Part shown: positions 26,086 to 38,200 of the stretch, in pieces
Layout: every line of letters begins with the position of its first letter
Position numbering within the stretch: position 1 is the first letter of the stretch
Assembly: GCA_964036045.1 (NCBI GenBank)
Contig: OZ038378.1
Location: 2,108,001 to 2,172,000, forward strand
Length of the DNA: 64,000 nt
Reading direction: 5' to 3'
DNA from: Eutreptiella sp. 'Long Island Sound 2002'
Taxonomy: Eukaryota; Protista; Euglenida
Position numbers and translations under genes: made by a program
Notes under the pieces: model-generated
Seen by the model: only the letters and a program-made list of their open reading frames with translations
The model's database searches: none
Told to the model about the DNA's origin: nothing

Positions 26086-27171
26086 TAGAGCCTTCCAATC
26101 CACCTCACGAGCGATCCGCCACTCGCACGCGACGTTGGTGTGCTCACGCCTCAATAAGGCATATGCCTCGGCTAGTGCCCAAAAACGCCAATTTTTTCCC
26201 AATGGCCGGCCCTCTGCACGGAACGTCACCTGACACGCCTATGGGTCCACTGGATTACTGCAACAGATCACTGGCCGGAGGTGGCATGGAGGGAGAAAGG
26301 CCGTCACGTGGCCGACGAAACAACGGCACTTACGGTCCTGCAACTGAAGCGCCGCCGCTCATTGTTTCCAGACTCCCGATCTGGCGAACGCTAGAGGCGC
26401 CTCCCCCAGAGTCCCAACGTGGTCCAGCTGACTGGTTCCCTCGACAGAGCCCATGAGGACGCCCCGTTTATTCAGCTCACGGGGTCCCCAATCAAGGAAC
26501 TCCACCCCCTTACTGTCGCTTACCTGTAGCCCAGATGGAAGAGTCTGTAGATTCTGCACTCTGAGCTTCTTGCTTTCTCTACTCCTGCCTGTTCAATCAG
26601 TTCTTACATTACAAGTGTTGACCTTCGTGGTCGTGGCAGGCCCGACCTCCTGCATCGAGTGTACAGTGCAATCAGGGTACGCACCCCCATTGGACTCTCC
26701 CTTGTGGAGAAGTGCCTGACCCGCATCCCATCCAGTGGCCAAGCAACCCTTACCGTACATACTTCCTAGGCCCAGCCGCCTATGTACACTGTCTGCCTTG
26801 ATGGCCGACCTATTCAGTATCAGAACTCAAAAAAACAAAAAAAGAAAGTTCATCCATCCCGTCGCGATTGGGATGGTCTTTCAGTGCACCCCGTTGTTTT
26901 GTTGGAGCAACAATGCCCCATGTGTGCCGGTGGGCCTGCAAGGGGCTGGGTCCGGACAGTGACAGAACCAATACAATAGGTAGGCCACATTGGGCACATT
27001 GAGCTCAGGAGCAAGCAGAATAGAACACAGCAGATGACTGCTCTTAACAAGGCAATGGAGAATTCTAGGAGATTTTTTATAGGTTGCAATGGACAACGTG
27101 GAAGGCTCCTACTAGAGGGTGAAGGGGCTGCCAATGGCATGGAGTTGCCTGCGGTGTAGGAGTAGGTGTAG

Positions 27172-27852
27172 GGGGGAACGTTAGCGCGCCGGGCGCACGC
27201 CGGGCATCTTTTGTGACCCGGGCCCCACTGGTGGACTGTTGCCGTTGATATGTTGGGCAACATTATATGGATTTGCCCCTTGGCCCCCGGGACATCAGCA
27301 GATGTTTTGATTTGGGATGGGTATGGACCTTCTCGTACCCGAGGTGATTTCTTTGATTTCGAAGTTGGGGGCCATGATGGTGCTTATAAAGGCCAGATTC
27401 ATGTCATTGTGCCATTCATTGGAAGAAAGAATGGCACTTTGACAGCCCGCCAACAATGTTACAATGACGTGCACGGGTGGTATGGGGCACGCATTGAGCA
27501 GTTGTTTGCTCGGTTGTGGCACGCAAGATGAGGCAGAGGATGAGGCAGAAGTGTGTGTGTTGTGTTGCCAGAAGCGCTCCACCGTCGCAGTTTATGATGA
27601 GTGTAAGGAGCACTATTGTACTGAATGTATTGACACCCACACTTGTGGGACCAATGTTGTTTGTTAAGTACAATACAGATGACAGTTGGAGTTGCTGAAT
27701 TCACAGATATTGCTTTATTATGCAACGCGCTTTGTAGGGAAGGTGTGCAGTGCAACGTGGTCTACTTGGGGAGCTTCTCCATGAGAGGGTAAATCTGGGG
27801 TTGAAGTCGGGATAGTTAATAGAAAAGTAGCGCGCCGGGCAAACATTCCCCC
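27172..27852 (+). mobile_element. PIF/Harbinger-like internally deleted element with DDE transposase remnant
   Basis: TIR GGGGGAACGTT/AACATTCCCCC with TAG on both flanks. ORF 27250..27531 reads PGTSAD...DGAYKG...P...LTARQQCYNDVHGWYGARIEQLFARLW, the DDE_Tnp_4-type pattern. Confidence 0.85.
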
Positions 27853-28072
27853 TAGGTGTTGCTGCGGTGCAGGTCATGATGAGTTTGAGATAACCCTAAC
27901 GTAGGTGCTGAGTGTGGTGGACATCTGTTTGCTTCAGCAAATCACATGATCGGTCTAGACGCCGAGAGCTGAGAGCGATGCTGATTCTTCCGTTCAGGTC
28001 TTGTTTGATGCCATATGCAGTGCAGCACTGCACCATAAGCCCCATGCAGTGCACGTGCTGCACCACTGTGCC

Positions 28073-28251
28073 ATGGAACCTCTTCCAGCCACTACTCTGC
28101 CCCGTGTCGTATGCCGCCCCCATGCAGCCAAACAGAGGCGTGGGACTGTGTTCCACGTGCCACTGAAGCGCAAACGTGTCCGCGCCCTCCGACAAAGCAC
28201 CCTCCCACGCCTCTCAGCAGGGCATACCCCTGGGCTCGTGCCCTCACGCAG
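28073..28251 (+). CDS. Gene B probable first coding exon MEPLPATTLPRVVCRPHAAKQRRGTVFHVPLKRKRVR...
   Basis: ATG in GCCATGG context and CAG|GTCTCC donor in phase 2, matching the phase-2 acceptor at 30017. An in-frame upstream AG at 27997 means the true start could lie further 5'. Confidence 0.6.
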
Positions 28252-29029
28252 GTCTCCATCTTTCACACGTTGCTATGACCGTGTGCAGTGCACCTGCAGT
28301 GCAACACTTTGATGCTTGGCTTTCTGCCCCCTTCCCCCCCCCCTTCGTGGATGCCCTTGGCATGGTGCACAAAAGGGTTTGAACTTAGCACTGAATGAGA
28401 CCAGATTTTGGACTCCACCGTGCCGTCGCAGACAGTCTGCAGCCGCTGAGGCCCCTTCTTGCTGAAGGAATATGCGAATTGGAAGTTGTGCCAGTTTACA
28501 CGGGGACAGGAGGCTAGTCCACTTTGCGTAGATTTCTTTGCCTGCATTTGTCCGGATTTCTCCCCACCATGGAGACCCCTTGGTTCACGCTGTAGACCCT
28601 GCGGCCTGGGCGGAATGAACCGGCGGTAGGCTTGGTGGCGGTTCAGCTCAGCCAGTTGTGTTCCGGTGGTTGGGCTTGGAGGCGGTGTCGGCCACCCGAA
28701 TCGGCCGGCCGAAACACCGCCCAGCGATTTGGCCGGCCAAAGCACCGCCCGGGACTTCGGCCGCCGGGCAGTTCTGACGCCCCACCCCAGCCCCCCCCCC
28801 CAACATCCCAGGTTAGGGACCCCTTTTTTTCACCCACTTTCACCCATTTTCACCCATGCTTTGCTCAAACCACGGTTTGGCTGTCCACATACAAGGCGGT
28901 GCACACACAAGGCGGTCTGTGGCCGCCGCTCTTGTTATTTAAGGGGGGTGCGGGGGCTGGCCCCCGCATTTAGCGAAGCGAGGCGTCTGTTCAGCGAAGC
29001 GAGCTAAAGGGAAGTTTTGGCTGTCCACA

Positions 29030-29120
29030 CACAAGGTGGTGCATCCACAAGGCGGTGCATACACAAGGCGGTGCATACACAAGGTGGTGCATACACAAGG
29101 TGGTGCACACACAAGGTGGT
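29030..29120. repeat. 16-bp tandem repeat ACAAGG(T/C)GGTGCATAC, 6 copies
   Basis: ACAAGG at 29031, 29047, 29063, 29079, 29095 and 29111. Confidence 0.9.
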
Positions 29121-30017
29121 CCGTGGCCACCGCAGGAGTCTTCTTATTTAAGAGGGGTGCGGGGGCTGGTCCCCGCCTCGAGTGAAGCGAGCCGAAGAAG
29201 GTAGGGAGGGCGGTAGGGGTGGGGGGTGAGGTTGGGGTGGGGTTAGGGGGGGAGGTGGGGGAGGGATTTTCGTGCATAATATCCATGTAGGTGGGTTTTG
29301 CTTCTGCAAGACACACATGGGTGTGGAGGGTGTATCGGAACCAGCCGGCACTTCGGCTGGCCGAAGCACCGCCCGGCGGTGTCGGCCGGATTTTCGGCCG
29401 AAATGCTTGGCGGTGGTCTCGGCCAGCCGACCCCGCCGTTGGCAACTTCACTTTCAGCCGAGCCAACACCGCCACCGAGTCTCACTGCCGTCCCATTCCG
29501 ATGAGCTGACACTGCGCATACATGTAGCCACCATGCACAGTATGTAGACGCGATGCACGGCCTGTAGACACTGTGCACAGATAAGTTCACCCGGCTATAG
29601 TTGGTAGACACTATGCATAGGTGGTTTACAACATGCACATGTTGTGCACACTAGGCATTGTGCAAACATGTAGAGACTGTGCATAGTTTGTAGACGCGGT
29701 TGACAGTTGGTAGATCCTGTGCACAAAAGTGTACATCCGAGGAAAATCTGTAGACACTGTGCATAGGTGGTCTACAATGTGCACATGTTGTAGGCACTGG
29801 GCACATATTGTAGATGTGAAGAGACAATATCAAGGATGGGTCCCGAAGCACCACCCTTAGAAAAAGTTGCGTTTGTGCGTTTACTGGGATACAATCTTTA
29901 GACACTGTGCATACATGTAGACACTGTCCACAGTTGTAAGACGCATGTAAGACGCATGTAAGACGCCTACGAATGGAAGACGCCCCGCCTTACAACACTT
30001 CTCTGTCATGTGCTCAG

Positions 30018-30785
30018 ATCGTCCAAGAGCGGCTCACCCCGGGAGGGCCCGGCAGGGGAGTCTCCACGGTGGTTGCACCCCGCAGCCTATGCGTCGTCTG
30101 AATCGGAGGGTGCGCCTCTGAGGCACGCGGCGCCGTCCCCCTATCGCCACATCCACTCCCAGAAGCGACGCAGCCGGCACAAGCACTGGCGCCCGAGGGA
30201 GCACAAGGCGGACGTATGTGGGCCAGCGATTGTGCCGGAGGCGACGGCCCCCAGCGATGAGGACAGGGCAGAAATGGTTGCCCTACCCCGCCTCTGCCTG
30301 TCCGATGCACAGTTCCTGCAGCTCCTGGAGCACGACCCCACGAAGATGTGTCCCTTCCCCATGATGCTCCCGGCCTCGCTGGAGCCCGTCCGTCGGCAGT
30401 CGCCGCCAGTGGGGAGCAGCCAATGGGTGCCCCCGCTTGCCTCTGCCTCCAGGGCAGACTTCTGCAGGTGGAGCCCTCAAGGCAGCCCCTTGTCTGAGGC
30501 GCAAGGCAGCCCCTTGGCCGCTTCCCAGAACATTCCTAGGTGCGTGTCGCGCAGCAGCCTCAGAGATGCCTCGCAAAATAACCCCCAGTCCCCTTTGCAG
30601 AACAGCCTGGAGACCTCTTCACACAACAAGATCCGGCCCGTGTCCCGAAGCCCACCCAGTTCCAGAATCAGCCACAGTTCCGCTTCCCCTCGGCGCCGAC
30701 AACAGCTTCCAGTCTCCACACCTCCAGCTCCGGATCCCCATGTTCATCATGGCACCTGCATTCCACCTCCTCAAGCAGACAGTAG
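30018..30785 (+). CDS. Gene B exon, Ser/Pro-rich low-complexity region
   Basis: GCTCAG acceptor and AG|GTGTGA donor, phase 2/2, within ORF 30010..30849. Confidence 0.72.
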
Positions 30786-31128
30786 GTGTGAAGAGGGTAC
30801 ACCGAGAAAGAGAGAGAGAGTGCCAGGCCCCAAAGAACAAAGTGTTTAAATGACAACAGAAGTTTTCTATTTTCGGGCGAATTTTTCTGGCTGGGTGGAG
30901 GACGGACCCGAAGGAGGAGCAAAATGGCATTGCTGTGGGAGATCGGTCTGGATGTGCTTCCATGTAGAACGTGCAGGGCATGTGGGGTATGCTGGGCAGG
31001 TGAGGCATGCATTGCATGTGGGGCATGAAGACACGGTGTGACATGGTGATTCCTTTTTCGGACAACGGGAATGGAACTGGGACCCCCAGCTGCGCCGCAT
31101 ATCACTGTTGGGCACCTGACCTTTTTAG

Positions 31129-31261
31129 ATCTGAAGCTGGCGATGAAGTGCTGCAGGATTCACAGGAGGACGATTCGGCGGAGGTGGAGGCGCCTCAAGG
31201 CTGGGTGGAGCTGGTTCGGCTCATTACTCAGCAGAAGGAAAAGCAGGCCCGATTGAAACGG
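31129..31261 (+). CDS. Gene B exon (R)SEAGDEVLQDSQEDDSAEVEAPQGWVELVRLITQQKEKQARLKR
   Basis: CTTTTTAG acceptor (phase 2) and CGG|GTGTGT donor (phase 0). The charged helix continues into ETEGKLREIQ at 51538. Confidence 0.78.
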
Positions 31262-32125
31262 GTGTGTGCGCGTGGTGTGGGGCACAATGCTCCCTTGGGA
31301 GGGAGATGATGTGGGATGTACAGGGGTGACGACATCACCTCGAAGAGAGGTTGTTAGATCAAGCGCAGGTGTGGGTGTGTACCACCCTTTTTGGGGTCAT
31401 TCGCGCGGCATCACCTGATGCGTGATATCGGATGTCCAAGCCCGTGTAAAATCATCATATCGCAAAATGAGGACAGGGGGGTGCTATCCCCCTCTCGTGA
31501 TAATTTGGCAGGAGAAAATAGCACCTGCAGATCCAGAGTGGAGAGCAAGCGTGCAGGAGGGGGATCTAAAGGCGGGGTGGGGTGTTCCAGGTATACGGCC
31601 ATTCTAATACATCCCTGATGGAGGGGTTGAAATCCAAAAAATTCATTAGGTTATCATTTTGTCTCCCAAACTGCATATAACATACTGTCCGTCCCGCCAG
31701 CCACTGTCACCGTGATCGAGCACTCCTTTGGCTCTCGATAGCCATGGTTGTCCTAGTTTGTACTACGTGTGTCAGCTTGTGGCTGCGTGGCCATAGGGGT
31801 GCAGTTAATATTTGAGTCGTTGGTGTTTCCTGGGTACCAAGACTTCAGCGCTGGCAGAGGACGCCAAAGAGACAGTGCTCTGGGTGGGGACACTGTCTGT
31901 GGACTGTAGGCATCAATGATGCCGTATCCCTATACTATCTTCAGGTTGCACGTATGATGTTCCATTGTAGATGTGGATGCCAAGTGACAGGTGAATACTG
32001 TTCATCTAGATTGTTCATAGCATACCCCTTTGGACACCAGAACTGATGCGGTGTGAATGATGATTGCACCCCCTAGACCCCCCCCCCCCTCTCCCCCTTC
32101 CAATATTTAAGGCTGACAGCCAAAT

Positions 32126-32664
32126 CACCTCGAAGAGAGGTTGTTAGATCAAGCGCAGGCGCAGGCGTCGTATACCCCCCCTTCTTTGGGGTCATTCGCA
32201 TAGCATACCCCAAGGCATGATATTTGATTTCCAACCCCTTGTAAAATCATTATTTTGCCCAATAAGACAATGCCCCAATGATGTTTTGATTCTGAGGCCT
32301 CTATCCCCCAAAACTTGATATCACTTTTTGAGGGGGGGGTGGGGGGGGGTCAAAAGTTCGTGGTCAGAAGGCTCCAAGCAGTGGGGAGGCATATTGCTGT
32401 CACAACAAACCCTGGTTGAATGGTACTTTTGTGTCGGCGTTTCAAATCCTTGTCCGTCGACTGTCATCGCCAGCGCCGCCGCCATGTTCGCCCGACCAGG
32501 GTTCGAACCGCCGACCAAAAATTCTGCGGTTGGCTGCATTACCATTCGACCACTGCTTACCCTGAGAAACAGTTGTCCTCCCAACTTCTTGGAGCCGAGT
32601 CTGCCACTGACAAAAAACCCAACCTGTGTGTTTCTGTCTGATCTGTCAGCCTCTCTTCGAGGTG
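32126..32664. mobile_element. CACCTCGAAGAGAGG inverted-repeat element containing a tRNA-like segment
   Basis: Perfect 15-bp inverted repeat at 32126-32140 and 32650-32664. No TSD found. Confidence 0.65.
32488..32562 (-). pseudogene. tRNA-derived (SINE-head-like) sequence, not a functional tRNA
   Basis: Minus strand has an A-box-like TGGTCGAATGG and a perfect B-box GGTTCGAACC with a CCGCAGA loop. Acceptor and T stems do not pair. Confidence 0.5.
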
Positions 32665-33169
32665 CACTGCCGAAGGCAATGGAATTTCTGCTTCGGCCCC
32701 TTTGGCGCCAAGAGGAATTAAGCTTAAAAACTTTTGGCCCACCTCTGGCGGGAACCATAGGGGGACCCAAGGAGGAGGGGGGTCCCAACCAAACCCCCCA
32801 CCCCCCCCCCTTCAGACCCGCCCCCGCTTCTAATACGTCCCTGCCCTCCATCCCCCAGTAGCCGGGTGCGAATTTGTTGGGAGGGAGGGGTCGGGGGGCA
32901 AGGGGGGGGGGTTCAAAACATTTGTGCGTGTTGTGGACGCTATGCGCCGATTTGGACCCAGGTCCTGCACACCCTTTTTGTTGTACATGGACCCCTAACC
33001 AATGGCTGGGGTCTCAGGTCTGAACTGCGGGTACCCCCCACAGCCCCCTATGGTGCCCTTGCCAGTGCAGACTTGGCTGTTTTTAGGCTGGCATGTGTGG
33101 GCTGAACATCACCTCACAGAGGTTGCCAGATCAAAACCACGCAGGCCTGCATACAGGGGAAAATGCCAC

Positions 33170-33460
33170 ATGTTTATGTTGTAATTCGTGTAATTTTTTT
33201 TGTGGTAAATGCGTGTAACAAAAAAATCGTCTAGTCGTGTAATTTTTTTTTTGCGGTAAGTCGTGTAAGCCGGTCACACGCATTACCGCAAAAAAAAATT
33301 ACACGACGTGACAATTTTTTTGTTACACACATTTACCGCAAAAAGAAATTACACGACTTACTGCAAAAAAAATTACACAACGTGACGATTTTTTCCTACA
33401 CGCGTTTACCGCAAAAATACAAAAATTACACGACCTTACCGCAAAGAAGCAATTACCAAT
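33170..33460. repeat. AT-rich palindromic TTACACGAC/TTACCGCAAAAAAA repeat cluster
   Basis: Unit orientation flips near 33270. Related units occur at 35620-35830. Confidence 0.8.
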
Positions 33461-33849
33461 TTTACTGAAAATGCATGCATGTAGGGGATGTGCCCACCTG
33501 TGGCCACGTAGTGGCCGCTAGGCCTATGTAGCCCGTGCCATGGGTCCTCCGAAAGCCCCAAAATTGTTGTTGTGTAGGCTATTTAGTGGCACCTGAAAAA
33601 ATTTTCACACTTCGACTTTTTCCGAAACCCTTCTGTTGCCCCTAGGTTGGGTTTGGGTGATCATTTGGTGACAATACGGGGGCTTGAGCGCCCATGGGAA
33701 CCCACGCAGTGGCCACCGGGCCCATCTAGCCCGAGCCATGGGCCCCCCAAAAGCTTCGAAATTGCTGTTTGCAGGTGGTTCAATGGCATTTGGTGTGTGC
33801 ACAAACTGCTGAGCAGTTTTCCACCCTCTACAGGTGAAAGATGGAAAAT

Positions 33850-34420
33850 TTCGCAATTTTTTTTTTGATATTGTGACCACTCACAATGATGAAATCTGCT
33901 ATGTAAAGCATGTTTTAGCCCCTCTTTGTGTGTTTTTCACCCTATTTGGGTGTTTTTTTTTGGGGGGGGGGGTCCCAAGGGGGCCAGGGCACAACCGGCT
34001 CATGCAGTTTTCCAACCTCGGCAACTCAAAAATGGAAAGTTCCAAAACTGTTTTTTTTTATATTCCTACCATCCAAAATGATCAAATATCCGATGTAAAG
34101 CGTGTTTTAGCCCCTCTTTATGTGTTTTTCGCCCTATTTGGGTATTGGGGGGGGGGGGGGGGGCTCCCAAGGGGACGGGGCACAACCTACTAATGCAGTT
34201 TTCCAACCTCGGCAGCTCGAAAATGGAAATTTCCGAAACTGATCTTTTTGATACTCTGACAATCCAAAATAATCAAATATCCGATGTAAAGCATGTTTTA
34301 GCCCCTCTTTATGTGTTTGTCACCTTATTTGGGTGTCGGGGGGGTGGGTGCTCCCCAAGGGGCTGGGGCACAACCTGCTTATGTAGCTTTATGGCCTCGG
34401 CAGCTCAAAAATGGTCGTTC
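33850..34420. repeat. Three tandem ~192-bp monomers
   Basis: ATGTAAAGC..GTTTTAGCCCCTCTTT at 33901, 34093 and 34284. Confidence 0.85.
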
Positions 34421-34632
34421 CTCTCCCCTCTTCGAGGTGCCTTGCCGAAGGCGATATAATTTTACTAAAAATGCATGCCTGCAGGCGATGTGCCCACCTG
34501 TGGGCCACTTCTGATTTTTTCCCCGCGCTTGGCGTTGGGGACCCCCGAGAATGCAGGGGATTCCAAACGGACGGTTGGTCTTGTGGTTTTCAAAGCTTGA
34601 ACATCGCGAAGCTGTGCGGGCCGTTGAAGCGC

Positions 34633-35243
34633 CCTATGGACCTATGGGGGCCTATGGGGACATATGGGGACCTGTGCGGACCTATGGGGGCCTTTGGGGA
34701 CTTCTGGGAACCTATGAGGACCTATGGGGACCTATGGGGACCCAAGGGGGCCTATGGGGACCCATGGGGGCCTATGGGGACCTGTGGGGACCTATGGGGG
34801 CTTGTGGGGACCTATGGGGGCTTATGGGGACCTATGGGGGCCTTGGGCACCTATGGGCACCTATGGGCACCTATGGGGGCCTGTGGGGACCTATGGGGGC
34901 CTATGGGGACCTATGGGGGCCTATGGGGGCCTGTGGGGACCTATGGGGACCTGTGGGGGCCTATGGGGACCTGTTGGCACCTATGGGCACCTTTGGGGAC
35001 CTATGGGAACCTATGGGCGCCTATGGGGGCCTGTGGGGACCTATGGGGGCCTATGGGGACTCATTGGCATCTATGGGGACCTTTGGGGACCCATTGGCAC
35101 CTATGGGGACCTCTGGGGGCCTATGGGCACCTATGGGGGCCTATGGGGACTATCGGGACCTATGGGGGCCTATGGGGACCTTTTGGGACCCATTGGCACC
35201 TATGGGGACCTATGGGGACCTATCAGGGCCTATGGGGACCTAT
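34633..35243. repeat. 10-bp minisatellite CTATGGGG(G/A)C, about 60 units with variants
   Basis: Direct periodicity. It produces repetitive ORFs in all three + frames. Confidence 0.95.
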
Positions 35244-38200
35244 GTGGTGGGGGGCATCAGCTTTTTGCACACCCATTTTGACACCAACCCCCCCCCCCCC
35301 TTCCTCCAAGCATCAGATCTATATCAGACATATCACACATCTTGTTGTATACACTGCAAAAACAACATGCCACATCAGACATTAGACATGAGACATTATA
35401 CACAATCCTGCCATGGCCCTGTCAGGACTCTTTTCTTGGGCCTGATTTTGTGTCTAGTGCCAATGACTCCATGTGAAACTATGTTATATTGGCCGAGCCC
35501 CAACTAATTGGTGGCCACGCAGAGTCCTATGTGCTTTGCGTCCCATCGTTAAGGTCGCCATGGGGTGCCATATGGAACCGGCAGCTGTACACATTGCGCA
35601 TGTATTGCAAAGGTTGCATTTCTTTCAATTTTTCAATTTTTTTTATGATTTACACGACTTGCAAAAAAAAATTACGCGCCCTTACCGCAAAAATAAAAAA
35701 ATTCAATTTTTTTTATAATTTACATGACTTACCGCAAAAAAAAAATTACACGCATTTACCGCAAAAAAAAATTACACGACTAGACGATTTTTTCGTACAC
35801 AACTTACATTTTTCACACGCCACATACCCCCCCTTTTGGGCCTTTTGGCGTACCCTACTCTAGGGGGTTGAACTCATGGTTTAACCCCAAGTCCAATGAA
35901 CTCATCCCCGAAAGACCCCCCCCTCTTTGGGGTTCAAAATCACGAATCTTTTGGTTTTTTTTCGATTTTGAGCCGAAATGGTGTTTCCGGCCGACTCCAT
36001 AGGGTTTGTGTGGGCGGATTGGGAAAAGCGCTCATGGATTTTGTGCAGTTATCAGCCATTTTGCTATGTCGGTGTTTTTCGCAACCTTAGTGACACTGTG
36101 GCACCCAATTTGAGGGGTGCAAGTGGGGACCTTGTGACAATATCTGCATACACTGAGGTACCAAAGGACGTTTCAGCAGCCTCTAGCCTTCCCTAGGGCC
36201 GGTCCTGGCCCGTGTGAATGACAAGAAATGACCGTTTCCACTAAAAGTGGCCTACATGCGGATGCATGCATCTATATTGGGGCATGTTTCCACTGCGATG
36301 GGCGGAATTTCGTCGGCCCATCGTTTGCACTTTCCCCACAACGTACCTCGTGTCTCTTTAAAGTGCCTTGCCGAATGCAACAGAATATCTTATCTGCAGA
36401 ATTTTTCTCTTGTCCTGTCTCTTTGCCTCTATTTACCCCAGTCCACATGCCCACGGGGCCATGCCGAGCCCCAGTTCCTGTTTTCCCCTGATAGGCCTAA
36501 TTTGTTGCCTGCCTGGAAAGGGTCAGGGCACGGGAAATAGTATTGGAGAATATGAATCTCTGTTTCAGAGTCATGTCTTCTTGGTGGGGATGCCATATGT
36601 ATTTTAGCAGAAGGAGCTTGAAAGCTGAACAACAGCACCGTTTTGGGGCTGATGTGGTGGTGAGGTTTTTGCCTGTATTTCATCCTTGACATCTGCAGCG
36701 TGAGATCATGCAGAAGGCGTGGGGCAGTGCATATGACGGTGCATCGGGCTGTGCATGATACAGTACATGGCGTAGTGCATGACGCAAGGCAGGAGACAGT
36801 CGAAAGGGATTGCGGGAGACAAGGGACATAGGAAGAACACAGGGCAGTCCAGCAGTCCACACTGTTCCACTTCCGGACGAACAGGAGGAACTTGCTGCTG
36901 AACTTGGTGCTGAACCGGCAATGCAGAGCAAGCAATGGCCTGCGCTTCGAAAAGTCCTGCAGCTGCCAGGGGCATCCGCCCCACAGAGACGAGCACAGGT
37001 GCATGTCTGCATTTGTAGGGTTCACCATGTGGCTGGGGCATGTTGAGGGAACGTCACGTGAAGTGGGTGAATCAGAGAAACGGGGAGACGGAATGTATGA
37101 GGAGTTGGTAGATGAGGGGCCAATGGGGAGAAATTGGGGCCCAGCGGGAAGACATAGGCAAGGGGCAGAACAGACTGGATGTGAATATTTTAAGATAAGC
37201 TCATGCTCAGACGCGGGGGACCATGTGGTTCCTAGCGGCCAGTTTCAGTTATGGCCCTAGGTCTGTCATCCTTGCTTGTGAGTGACTGGTCATTGTTGAG
37301 CATGAGAGAGCGTTGCCAGAGTTGGCCGGGTGATTGCTGTGAAGGCTGGGCAGACAACCTGGCACAGTGAAAACATGGGCACCCCCTTTCAATGCTGCCA
37401 CCTGGCACAAAAGCAGCGGCCTCAGAGATAAGTGTATTGCCGTATCTCTGTGGAGTCCGACCAGGGCAGTATTACAACGGCCGTACACTATAGGAGAGGG
37501 GGGGCAACCCTATCTGTGGACCCAGCCCCCCCTTCTAAGGTGTAATTGAATGCGGTAAATTTGTCGTGCCAGATTTCGGGTGTTCGTGTGTGTTCTCCCT
37601 TCTTTTCTTGTTGCTTACCCTGGTATCAGCGTGATCACAACCCCTTTGCGGCACGATTCCAGGGTATTATTGAGCTTGCTTCAGCGGCCACCTGTGACAC
37701 ACATGAAAGTGGAGCGAGGTGAGGCACGGGGAATATAACAGAAGGCAAAAAGGAGGAGAAAAGTACCACACAAGAACCGTTGTGCAAGATCTAATCCACA
37801 AACACAGGAAATTGTTGTGTTGTTCGGAAACACACACAATCCAAAAACCCTTGCATGCAAACATATAAATTCTTGATACTTGTCTGGTTCCAAACGCAAG
37901 AACCAAAATAAAGAAGAAAAACTCAGCAATGTAGACTCAACAATGATATAATGCAAAATGTGAGATGGTCCGACTGATAGCAAACTTAGATGGGATGCAG
38001 CAAGTGAAACAACACCTAAGAGGCAAGGCGAAATGTAAGAGAAAATGTACTTTGCACCTGCACTCAAGCAGGCCAGGAAGCAAGAAGCACATCACATGAA
38101 ACACCGGAAACAGGCACCAACAAGAACCTGATTCTTCTTAGCACCATGGAATCGCTCCTTCCACGCCCAAAACCCAGTGTTGGCATGTTCTCAGTACTTT

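Noticed and set aside
34411-35507. Long Gly/Pro/Trp repeat ORFs in three frames
   Set aside because: By-product of the 10-bp minisatellite, with no unique coding context or splice support.
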